Positions 1 through 12,200 of a DNA stretch of 64,000 nt are shown piece after piece. The translations under genes were made by a program, and so were the position numbers. This DNA comes from Ancylonema sp. (taxonomy: Eukaryota), in NCBI GenBank assembly GCA_050230475.1, contig JBFLGF010000100.1, positions 1 through 64,000 on the forward strand, given 5' to 3'. Positions within the stretch are counted from its first letter, which is position 1, and each line of letters begins with the position of its first letter. Below the pieces are notes generated by a model. The model was not told the DNA's origin. It saw nothing but the letters and a program-made list of their open reading frames with translations, and did no database searches.

Positions 1-175
1 TATCTTTCCATGACCATACCTGACCCGCAACGTATGTTTGAAATGTCGGAGTGATCCCAACAATATTAAGGAGTACCCATTTGTGCCTGTACACCAAGAC
101 GAGGGGGGGGGGGGGGGAGAGGGGTCATACAAACGTACGATTGCAGCAAGCGTGAACAAGAACAAAAATATAGCT

Positions 176-544
176 TTACGTATTGGTCTTGTAAGTGCAA
201 TCGATGACAAGTACATGATGATACAAGAGGGCGTATTTCCGGTGTGGAACATAAGCGAAGAAGAGTCCATTGAGTGTGTCGTCGTCACTTGTCTGCATGA
301 CGTAAGTCTATTTCTCCTTTTGCTCGAACTCCTTCACCAACGCTTGGGTCGGAGTATAACCACCCAATTTTTTCTTCCTCTCTAATAATCTTATATTGCC
401 GACGTCTCTAGCTAAGAGAAACTTATTGGGTTTATTCCTCAACACACCAACTATTTGTTTGGGCGCTACGTTTGCGTTAGACAACTCCATTACTTGTTGA
501 ACATCCTCTACCGTAGGGCGATGCACTTGTGGATGACCTAACAA
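176..544 (-). pseudogene. Mutator-like (MULE) transposase fragment with in-frame stops
   Basis: ORF 308..544 (…LGGYTPTQALVKEFEQKEK) continues in frame past TAG (308-310) as TYVMQTSDDDTLNGLFFAYVPHRKYALLYHHVLVIDCTYKTNT*. DCTYKTN is the typical first catalytic-Asp motif of MULE transposases. Confidence 0.75.
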
Positions 545-800
545 ATGAGGGGTGGGGCTGTTATGTGTATGGTATGGTATGTTATGGTACGGCCACGTTG
601 CTTAGATGGGACGTACGAATTTTCGGCGAGATTCGGGCGAGAACGACAAATTAGAATCGACGGCTCTCGGAAATGTAGTCCGCTTCCAGCCGTATCTACG
701 GTCCCCGTCCATACTTGTAGGTGGGCACGAGGAACTCGCTGAGAATTGGACGTCGAGTTAAGGAATTGGGACGTCGACCTAGGTAAGCCCTTCAAAAAAT

Positions 801-1591
801 TCTTATGGCCGTCTAACTTAAAATATTATAATGTCCAGTCAGCAGCCGATCAATCGGATGCCACATCAGCGAAACTCAGAACCCCGGCTGGTTGCCTCCT
901 CCTCTACCTGCTCCTCGCGTCACCTAGCGTTCGTTCCTCTCAGAACCGGCCATCAGTCTACGATTTATCCGTCCTACACCGATTCGAAACTAAATTTAAA
1001 GCGGAGATATTCATGTAAATTTTAAATGTCTTAGCTTTCAGAAAATATATTTAAATAAATTTTCTGTCGTTCAAATAATTCACAATGTGAAAAATAGTAA
1101 CATGACCCCAAAAAGCGCACGACTAGTGAAAGACTACGGAAAACCGCATTTTGTTCCCTATTTTTTTTACAGAGGATATTTGCTTGCTCGGGCTATCGAT
1201 CTGTATATTTTTCAGAATAAACGGCGAAGAAGGCATTCAGGGCGGGCAAATCGTGTCAGCGACTGATCGTGTGATGTCAGAACGATTTCAGCGAGGGGGA
1301 TACCACCACCAGGCCAGCGGCAAGGTTGAGGTCGAAGTTTGGGTGACTGGACGGTGACGGGCTCTGTGAGTCGTCGAAGCTTCCGTACAGCCACGTCATA
1401 GGAGTTAGTCGCCTGCTACGTGCCGACTAACTTTAGTCAGCAGTTAGTCGGAATTCCAGGCGCAACTAACTTTTCGAGCTTTGACCGTGCTTAGAATCTG
1501 CCATAAGAACGACAATACTAACTAAGGCGTTGACTGACTTTGGCGCAAGTCGAAAATCGACTTAGTCGGGCCTAGTTAGTCTGCCATAAGA
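801..1591. mobile_element. Putative MITE, superfamily unassigned
   Basis: TCTTATGGCCGTCTAACT (801-818) matches the reverse complement of AGTTAGTCTGCCATAAGA (1574-1591) at 16/18. TTAGTC/ACTAACT subterminal motifs recur at 1400-1580. No TSD is evident. Confidence 0.45.
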
Positions 1592-4310
1592 TATGCTCTT
1601 ACGGTGCCCAGTACGGTATACATAACCGTCAGTTGTCACCTCCATGCCGACCGGGCAGATTGCGAAATCCCCCACCATCCAGGTCAACGGAATGTCCCGT
1701 CCAGAGGGGGTCTTCCCATCCGTTACCCAGATCTACTCCAGGCGGTCCCAAATGAAAAGATAACAATTGGTAGTTACAATTGGTGGAGCTTGACCTCGTT
1801 GACAGGGATTTTAGGCCTAATGTGGCGGAGGTGTGAAGAGTGTGGAGGAATCAATCTTACTCTTTTTTCGCATGGAGGAAAATGTCAATCACCTTCCGTT
1901 CCAAGGATGCACTTGACATGGATAGGACGCAGACCCCGTTCCGCGAGCCCCGCGTGAACTTCGTGAAAGAAAAGCATCTTCGTGGCATGCACCCACATCG
2001 TTTGTTTATCCTTCCGGATTGAAGCCGCTCCGAGTAGTGTCATCTTATGGGGCGACCTCGCCGGGTCGGTGCCGCATCTACATGATTTGGAAACTGTGTT
2101 CGATATTGAGAAGAGGTTGTCCGTGCACCTTGGTGGGTTCACCGAATTGTACTCTCTCCGTATTTCGACGGGTGTGGAAAGGTATGCTTTGTCCCTTGGT
2201 CGAGAAGCGCTGACAACGTTGCATTTGCATTATCGCGGCGCAATGGGAAGGGAGTTAGTGTGTACTTTGAAATATCTAGTATCAGATCACTTCGAACAAT
2301 ATTCATGGGAAGCACAACTTTTTCAATCCCTCGTGGCTCGATTGAATATCCCGAAGACAAATGCGGAAAATGTGAGTGGAAGCTTACTACCACTTTTTTA
2401 TCGGTGGGAAAGCGTGAATTTTTGTTTTTTAGTTGTATTGGCCCACTGTCTATTCTTGTTGCCTATGCTCTTCCCATACGTTCATGCTTCTTTCTTCGGT
2501 GGCTTAGTTTGACATACTTTCTTCCCAAACTCAAATCCAAACGCTGGGCCTAACCTTAATCCTTACCCATGTTTTTATCCCAACAAAACTAAAGCATATC
2601 TTGACCCAAACAAACTCAAACCAACTTACTCCAAACCCATTCCTTTCCAAATCAAAACCCAAAATAAATTCATACCCAAATGCAAACCAATGACCCTTTT
2701 TTCAATCTCATTCGTTCGTTGTAGTTTGCTCCTTTTTTTAGAGGAATCGGCGGTGAACTGGAGTAGATAACATGCACAGTTGTCGTTCACTAGATGTTTA
2801 AATGTTACAATCCGGTAGTAAGCCGTGCAATCTTTTGGTCCGGGCTCGATGAGTTGTTGCCGCATCTGCGACATCTCGAACTCGAGTTGTTTATGAAAGA
2901 AGTTGTAGTGGTGCGTCTAGCCGCGTGTTTTTTTATGACGCGTCTTCCGATTTCGTATTGACGTGTGATGCCGACATTGTCTCTCGAATTAGAGGTTTTG
3001 GTATTATTGTGCCTCAATTCTTCAACAAACAGCGTGTGTGTTTTTTTTTTATCACAAAAATGTCCCTAACTTTTATAAATCGCTAGTTTGCAACTCCACA
3101 AATCAATGGTTTTTAAAAAACATATTTTTTCACAGCATACTGATGATGAGCTTTGCAATGTACATTTTACATAATGCATTGCCATAAATATTGACAAGAG
3201 TTGTGTATACTTATGCAACTCTTTAACAATACCCTGGCCATCGACAAAGTATAAACAATGCGCTCCGTTGGGTCATCCGTATGGTGGGCCATATTTTTTC
3301 GGGACATCATTTTCGAGATGTGGAGCGAGAGCGCGACCACTGGTTTTTCATCGCTTGCCAACAAAACCTCCACGTTGCCGTCACAACTATGTCTTACAAC
3401 ACCAGGGAAATCGAGTCATAGAACCACTCCGATATCAACGTGGTGGTCGACTCGGACGTGATCCATGTTGTAGCCGACAACGCGGCGCCACTAAACCACA
3501 TGTACCAGCACATTCTGTAAGTGAGGTACGGACGTGGTACATCGCCCTGTCTTTATTCAAATGGATCCATTATATAAGTGTAGTGATCACATGTATCGAG
3601 ATGTTAGAATTGTGTATTTGTATTATTGTCGAGTGATAGTCTCGTGAGTACTAATTTAAAACATTAGTTCATATATCATGTTCCTCGATATCCATCGTGT
3701 GCTCGACGACATGGGCAATAAAATAAACGCAAAGGGGAAAGCGCTTATCGATCTCGATAGGTTCACCCAGTGTTCAACTCAATTGGTGCAAGGCAAATGC
3801 AAACTACGGACAAAGGCGGTCATGATCCAAGTGATCATAAAAACAATATTGCCATTCATACATATTATTTGTCAATATTTAATAACATATGAAAAATAGA
3901 GGAAACATCTTCAACACACAAACAATTGATTTTACATTAATATAGCATCCAAAAATAACGTTAGTTCGTCTAAATGTGGAACTAGACCTAGACCATCGGA
4001 TTCACGGAGAAAACCACAAGCTAAGCACTTGCGAACGACCAAAAGAGATAGGAGTCAGTGGTGTCCACATCAAAAATAATGAATACGGAAAATGTAAAAG
4101 GCATCTACGAATTTGAAAACGCATCGCCACAGGGCGATGCAAATGTCAATGCTCATGTATAAATGCATGTTCAGCGCAAACACTTCAGTTGCTTCAAGCA
4201 AGCAGTTCGGTTGCTTGCCGATCAAGAACTGAAGTGCTTTTTACTGCATATTTGTGTCGCTCTCGCTGCTCTTTGCCCTCGAGCAGCTTGCTGCGTGTGA
4301 TAGCTTGCTA

Positions 4311-5152
4311 CAATGCTCCCTCGATATAAGGACCCTCTTTAAAAGGAAAACCTCGATATAAGGACAATTTAAAAACCAATACAAAATCGCCCTCGATATA
4401 AGCATAACAACACTCTATATAAAGACAAATTATTTGAGAATTTTGTTAGTTAATGTCATTTTAGTATGTATGGAACGATGTTTATCGAATATAAAGATGT
4501 ATGGAAATCGAGAAAAATATAGAATCCAAACCTTATAAAATAACGTCGATGCAAGGTATGAAATTTTGGGTGCAAACTAATATTCAACTTTTCTTTCATG
4601 CAACTCAGGGTCGAATCATGTCGAAAATAGTACGTGAGTCCGTTTGTTATGCCACATTGAAGGTTGGTGGTGACAATCTTGTGATCTATTTCCAATCATG
4701 AAAATGTACACTTTTTTTTTATAAATATATATGGTTTGTTAGAATGTATAAAAATTGTATAATTTGTTTGCGATTTATGAGCTTACTCCATGTTCAACAA
4801 AATATGCAAGTAATTTGTTGCTCAGTATGACCTTAATACTCACCAACTCTCCTCGTAAAGTTGTATAAATATATTTTCCTAGTCGCATTGTATTGAATTC
4901 ATTACGCAATTGTGTAGCTTGCATCACAACACACACGCTGGATTAGATGATGATGCCAAGGCAACTTACTCTAGGCAACATGAAAACAACACATTTGATT
5001 ACTTACTTCGCTTCATTCACGAAGTCCCTCGATACAAGGACACACATTTTAAAACCTAGTGGTGAATGTCCTTATACAGTGTATAAGGACACCTCGATAT
5101 AAGGACATTTTTTTGTTTTTGTTTTTTTGGTCCTTATATCGAGGGAGCATTG
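4311..5152. mobile_element. Tc1/mariner (pogo-like) MITE, 842 bp
   Basis: Perfect 24-bp TIR CAATGCTCCCTCGATATAAGGACC (4311-4334 / 5129-5152) flanked by TA on both sides (4309-10, 5153-54). Internal CCTCGATATAAG(G) repeats at ~4351, 4392, 5028 and 5092. Confidence 0.9.
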
Positions 5153-6295
5153 TAGCAGCGAGTAGTACAACGAATAAAGCTCGAAAGTGCCTCGTTTGTG
5201 TGATTGTTTACAATCACTGCCGCGATTGAAGCGAGCACCACACTCTCAGTTAAGAGAATACAACCTCCAATTCTTACCATTACTATGTCGACATGACCCT
5301 AATATGTCGAGCAAATTTTGTGCTATTACCCAATCATCAACAACTGACGTCATCGATGACCCCTTTACCTTACCGTCCTTGTCCGGCACGTCAAGGACAC
5401 GAGCCTTTACACTGCGAAAAATTATCAATAATTCCTACCCTTTTTGTTTTTGCCAAGTGAGAGTGATTCTTAGGGCCGAAGATTTTTTTGAAACGGGGCA
5501 CACTAACGGTTCTCCAATAAAAATTTAGGGGCACTTTCTCAACGGTATATTGTTAAGGCTAACTTCAAAATGTCAATATCTAATGGTAAATGATTATTAA
5601 GGAAGCACGATTGGATCCCCACTTGAGTACAAAAATGAAAACCTCAAACCCGAAAACATATAGGAGGGCAATACAAAACCATATAACTAGCACACTCTAT
5701 GGGAACCGAGCTACAACACCTAAGTCTGCCGCCGTAATCCACTCGCGCGGGGGGGGGGGGGGGCAAGAAAGTATACCCTTCTTTAAAGGCAATGTTCTAG
5801 CATGGACAGCGTCTGCGAAAAACCGGTAAATAATAGTTAGGTGTTGAACCTTATTAACCTCCCCATCCCTACTGCCGACCGCCCAGGCGCATCCGGGAAC
5901 GGCCCGCTCGTCGGAAAAAACACCGGCTGGCCTGTCCCCCCCCGGATCCGGTTATGGTGCGGGTTACCTCCCGACCGCAAACGAATTGTTGGGCACAAAA
6001 CTCGCACGCGTGGAATGCTGGACACGGAGACACGAAGATGGCTCTCTGGCAGCCGAGTTGCAAAAGTAGTTGAACTGCCAGGCGGAGGTATCAGGGAATT
6101 CGAGAAGAAGGGATCCTTCCCTTTGTGGCTCCTTAGACGCTCAATTGGCAGAATCTCGATCATAATATTATGCGGTTGGCAGCTAGGAATCCACATCGGC
6201 AAGAGCGCGCAGGCTTTGAAGCAAATCAGTTCCGTCAAACAGAGTAGCGGGAGTGCGGCCTTCGAATGAAGCTTAAGCCGTAGTGAAAGTCATAT

Positions 6296-9200
6296 ATGGA
6301 AGCAAAGAAGGCAGACAAAATGAACTCGGGTGACGAGATTGAGAGAGCGCTGATTTTCATTAAAGTGAAAACACTTGATGGACATACGTATACTGTTAAA
6401 GTACCGAAAGATGTAAGAATTCCTTATTCAGTAGATCTGCAAGCGGAATACGATTGCAAGTGCTGCAAAATTTATCGCACTCGCCGCTTTCACAATTCCG
6501 CTGGAGCACTCTCTTTTGTAAGGTTTGCGACGATTCTACGGAACCTATATAATTGGAGTTCGTTCCTGTTTGATTTGCTTCTCTGTCAGATTACGGTGCC
6601 TTGACTGAAGGAATGCATAGCCGCGGAGGCTCATGTGCCACCGGAGCTTCAGCGGTTGATTTTTCGTGGAAAGGTCGTGAAGGATGACCAGCTACTTTCT
6701 GACCACAGTATCCACTTCCAGACAGCATACTTCACAGGATTTGAAATTCATTCTGTAATTATGGATTTTAGTTTTATGCAAGCTGCTGCAATCAACCGCT
6801 TAGATGTAGGCAGAAGTTGACTTGCAAGATTCCTTGACAAACTTGTCATTGAAGAAGTGGAAGACGGCCATACACTCCATCTCGTACCCCGTTTGGCCCC
6901 ATCTCAAGAACCTACAACTGTTCCCCACACTGGCCCAGCACCTTCTCCTGGTACGTAACCACGTTAGCGGCATATTTTGTGCGATTATGTACTGCGGCAG
7001 GCGAGCTGTAGGGCTTTGAGAAATGCCGTCATTTCCCAGAGGACTTATAATGTTATCGGTCGTATCGGTAAATTGGTCAGGATGTACCTTATTCTGTTGC
7101 GCGTCTGTGCAGGCGGTGTGCAGCATACAGCTCAAATTCCTGGGGTCTCTTTTCAAACTTATACTGTTCCAGGCGATGGGATGCCAGATCTGAATAGAGT
7201 AAGTGCGGTGAGGGCAACTTAAGGCCTCATATGAGTAATTATTTGATTATTACACAGCAAGTGAATTCTTGTAGCCGGTTCCGTAATTTTGACAAGACAT
7301 ATTGATGACATGTTTACACCTGCTCAGCTGACTCCACAGTGTTGAATTCTTTGATGCTTACAGAATAGTACCGGAATAATTCCCGTCTTCTGCCATTATA
7401 CAAAACGAACAGCAGGGTTTGCAGTTGTTAAGTTGAGCTTACATTCCGTTTTTTAGCATTCTGAATTGTATGCACAACTGCTTTTAAGGGACCACAAAAG
7501 CGATGACCGAAAGGTTGCTCCCCCATGGAGGGTGGACCGTAGGACTATCCCTGCGTTTCCTTGACTGGGTTGCATAATCCTCCTGATCCCAATACCAGTG
7601 GTTGTATGGGGCCATGTCTGTGTTGAACAGATTGTTGCAGGAGTGCTTCAGTCTATGAACATCGGTTTGTCGGCAGGCCCAGCCAACCTGGTACAGGTGA
7701 GTGTCCACCATGTCATTTATTCATGGTGTAGATGCAAGATGCACACTCCCATCCTGGAACAGGTGTGTGAGTATGATTCCCTAATTCAGCACCAGAAATC
7801 TGTGCCTGATTTGATAGGTTGTCTCTGGCGATCCTGCACCTGCGGGTGGTGGGACGAGTGTAGAAGTTCGCATCGATGCCATCCAGGGCCATCCATTCCA
7901 GATTCAGCAGAGGATGTCCGTACAGGGACAACCACAGCAGGTGCTGCCTGTTTTCCGCACCTATATGTACCATACATTATAATTACGCATCCTAAGATAC
8001 AATCCAAGTGTCCGTACAACCAAGGACAACAAAAATCAGTACTTGATCAGGCAGGAGCAGGATTCAGGCAGTTGTCACTGATGGTGTGTGCCAGATGTAA
8101 AAAAACCTCTGAGGCTCGCAGGCTCGCAGGCTGGCAGGCTCTACTTGTATCATTCTTGTATCGATGACATCAATGGTGTGGTTGTTTGGATCCCAGCAGC
8201 CACAGGCCCAGCCTCATCAGCACCCACCTGCGCAACCCCTCCTTGATTCACTCGCCACAATTCATCAGTACTTGGACCGATACGAACTCGCGTTGACCGG
8301 TATGTATTCCCAGATACTTAAAAGTACGCTGCTTCCCGCTTCATGCTTCCTGCTTCCTGCTTCATGCTTCATGCTTCAGGCCATTGCTTCAGTCTTTTCC
8401 CTATTCCGTACGGTCGACTGGAATTACATTGATCCCTAACCCTATATCAAATCATTCCAACCGTGTTCTGGCAGCTGAGCAGGCAGCAAATGGAGCAGAA
8501 GCTGAGGCAGCATCTGCGTCAGCACACCCGGAAGCTTCTTCTGTCCCAGAGGCACTGGGGACAGGGCCCGGTTTGCAACAGGCAGACGTGGCCGCGCCCA
8601 CCCCCGTTGGTTCGTCAGACAATGGAGGGGGCTCTGGGAGTCAGAGTGGCACGCCAGGTAGAGGGACACATGGAGGCCCGCTAGGAGGGGCGGATCTGCT
8701 TCGTGCAGTGAGGCGGGTGCAGAATGTCATGAACGATGGAGTGGCCAGCTTTTTTGAGGTGAGTTGTTTCGAGGTGGCTTTTTCTCATCACGTCCTACTG
8801 GGACTCAGAACAGTGTGTGGTAAAACAGGCAAACATAATTTAGAGGGCAATTTTTTTTTAAATAAAATAAACAAGCTAAAAACTACTAGCAGATGGAAGT
8901 TTCTCACACACCTTGTGTCTCATTCCGTGTTGCGTCCATGTTCAGGCCCTCGTAAGTGTCCTGGAGGGCGAGTCAGGACTGGAGTCTTTGGAGTCCAGAA
9001 GGCGTCTGCATGCGGCGTTCATCCAGCGTGGCAACCTCATGCAGCAGCTGGGGGCGCTGCTGCTGGAGCTGGGGAGGACAACCATGGGTACCCGATTAGG
9101 CACCCGGGTTGGAGAGGTTCTGGTGCCAAATGTTCACCCCCTGTTTATCAGTCCGCACGGGCCCAGCCCTCTGGTTGTGCAGGTAAGGGGTTCTCAATAC

Positions 9201-12200
9201 AGTCAACCCTCGTTGTAGGCACCCATTTGGCAGGGGGGGTATGTTGGTGCTGAATCAGATTGTGTACAATGATTGAGTATCGAATGTGTAGGTTTTCTGG
9301 ATTCCGTTTTTCAATTTTGGCGTTCATATGGAGGGTGTGGCTGTATAGAGGGGTACCCGTAGAGTGGACTGAATGTGATCCAACAGGACACCTGACACTG
9401 GACACTGGATACCAGTGTGCATGGACTCTGTTTGAATTTGACAGAAGAACACATTGCACATGCGGGGGAATTGGAGAATCCCCGATTGCTAGAAAATGAT
9501 TAGTTTTTCATCCCTTACTATATTTTGGTCTCCTGGGCAGTCTCGGACCCCCTCTTCTGGCGGTCCAACTCGACGACCTCCCCAGCCACCCGCACCCCGC
9601 CCTCCTGCAGGGCCGACTCCCCCCAACCAGCCACCCAACCCCACTGCCACGGGACCCCCACCTCCAGAGGGCACCCAAACCACCACCGCCACCCCCACCC
9701 CCACCCCCCTAGTCGCAAATATGGTGGTAGACGTGGACGACCACGGCAACGTGCAGATCGTGGGGACGCCTATGGTGGGGATACTTCCAAACTGGCCGCC
9801 CCAGGGTTTTGGAGGGGTTCAGGCATTCCAGTTGAACCCACAGAGGCCTGGGGGGCAGGAGGTGCCTGTGGGCCCCACTGCTGGGACTGGGGGTGCGGCG
9901 GGGGGGGCGCCACCTGGCGCAACCGCCGCCCCCCAGGGTGCCAACCCCTTGGCAGGGATGTTTGGGCAACCGCCGGGGCCGCCTGCGAGGGGGGTGGGGC
10001 ACTTCATGGGGGTGCCCTCAGTCACTCACATCACGATGGGGGGGGCACCCTCGTTCGGGATGGGTATGGGGATGGGGAGGGGGATGCAAGCTGGCCCAGG
10101 GGTGGGGGGTGGGGGCCAACAGCAGGATCAGCAACAGGTGCAGCAGCTGCCTCCTGGGTTTGTAACCATGGGGATGCCGCCTGTGGATATCGGAGCACTT
10201 TTTGGAAACATCATGCAGGGGCGGGGTGAGTGGAACCACACATTTGAAAATGCGGGATCTGATGCAAGGCGTGGGGGGTCTGACAGGACTGGAATTTGTC
10301 CACCAAGAAGCCTAGGAGAGGAAAGTGCAGAACTGTACTAAAACAAAATAAAAATCTTCCTGTTCTCTCCTCCTGCCAGTCATCCCACCGCCAGGACCCC
10401 CGGTTGCACCCCAGCCTTCGGAGTTGGGAGCCACTGGGGTGCCCGGCCCCCCCCCTTCGGCTAGCCCCAGTGGAACTGAGCTGCCTGTTGACAGGCTGGA
10501 TGTGAACCAGCTGCTGGCGCCGCTGATGCGACAGCTGGCAGGAGCCCTGCACCGCAGTCAGCCACAGGCTCCTACTGCTCCCCCCACAGTCCCAGGCATG
10601 CAGGTAGGGACGGGCGCGATGATTAAAGGGACTGGAAGGTGCTTGTCAGTGTTACTGCTGGTTTTTTTACCGCCCAAAGTATATAACAGTCTTGTTGTAT
10701 TGGAAAGTCCCGAACATATATATTACATAAGTGGCAGAATCATGATGTACTTTCGTTTCCTTGTATGTCTTTCCCACACACAACACATTGAGGTAACATC
10801 ATTGTCGTTCCGGGTCTTTTACAGGCTGCCCATACACCCACACCCTCGCAGCCCCAAGGTCCCCAGGAAGCCCCCCCCCCACCCCCGCCCCCACTGCCAT
10901 CCGCCACTTCAGCAGCTTTGCCTCCGTCCCTCAGCACACCAACTGCAACTGTACCTGAGGGCAGCGGGGCTCCCGGATCAGCACCTGCTGCAGTTGCTCT
11001 GGCAGCCTCAGGAGTTTTCCCAGGAGGGAACAGCGAGGTACAATCCGGAAGTGGTGTGGTGCCCCTGGTGGTCCAATCCGGAGGTCCTTTAGGAGGCCCT
11101 GGGGGGTCTCACCCCTCTGGATCTGCGCCCCTGGGGCTCGGGATGGGGGGTCTGCAGCCACTGCCCAGGGTACGAAGCTCTTCTGCCTCTTTTTCATGCA
11201 CCTGGTGTGGGTGTTGGAAGGGCGATGCTGGGAGGCCGTGGGATTGGTCCTCCTCATCATCTTAGGACCGCTGTTGTCATTTACAATGATAGGTGCTGCA
11301 GTAGTGTTTTTTCTTGTCCCCCCCCCCCCCACCCCCCCCTTATCCTTACATACTTATCTGTATAATATATAATTTTGTGTATTGCCTATGTCACTGTTGT
11401 GTCGACTTTGTTTCCAGACACTTTATTCACATGGTTTGCTCATGTCTGGGGGTGCAGACGCGCAGGAGGAGTGTTGGTCCCAGGTCCCAGGCCCCTCCTG
11501 TGCAGCAACCCCCAAACCCTCCCATGACTATGGAGGACATCATGGCCCAACTGCAGGGGGGGTTGGGGGGAGGGCAGTTGGGGGGGGGGCAGTCCACACG
11601 GGACTCGTTAGGTGCAGTTTTGAGGGGGGAGAATGCTGGGGGAGTGGGTGGGGTAATGACCCAGATGGCCAATTACCCCCACCTTGCTGCGATGGTGGAG
11701 AGGATGGAGGGGGGTATGGGAGGGGAGGCTCCCGTTTTGGATAGAGGGAGAGAGGGGGTTGGGGCCCAGATGGGCAGGGGGGGCGTTGACTTTAGCCAGA
11801 TGTTGACTCAAATGATGCCAGTAGTGGCAAATATGTTGGGAGGGGGCCTGGGTGGGGTAGGGGGTGTACCAGAAGTAGGGGAGGAACCAAATTGGCAAAA
11901 CCACTTGAGTCAGGTACACACGGCTCCACTCTACCTCTTTATAACGGGGTGCTTTCAATTTGAGATCACTGCTTCTTAAAAATCGACTTGCAGCCTGTAT
12001 TACGGGGACCACGCGAAAAATGGGCTGACAGGGGGCTGACAATGCAAGTCTAGGGGGGACGGGGGTCCCCATAGTCCTGACCTTCTCTCCCGTAATGCCT
12101 TCGAATATACCCGTCTGTCCACTCTGTCTGCTCCAGGAAGAGTTGGCGGCTTGGACGGCCCAGATGGGCGCGGATGAGGCTCATCAAGCCGCCATGCGAC

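Noticed and set aside
2700..3900. Coding-like decayed sequence (possible transposase or tyrosine recombinase relic, e.g. HDRLCP*FAFALH)
   Set aside because: No diagnostic motif set could be assembled.
5200..5460. DDWVIAQNLLDIL, resembling a hAT transposase helix
   Set aside because: A single short motif, insufficient without a profile search.
6602..6604. Genome-wide TGA reassignment or U-to-C editing
   Set aside because: TGA terminates several genes here at expected positions, and U-to-C editing is known from organellar rather than nuclear transcripts. It is kept only as a locus-specific question.
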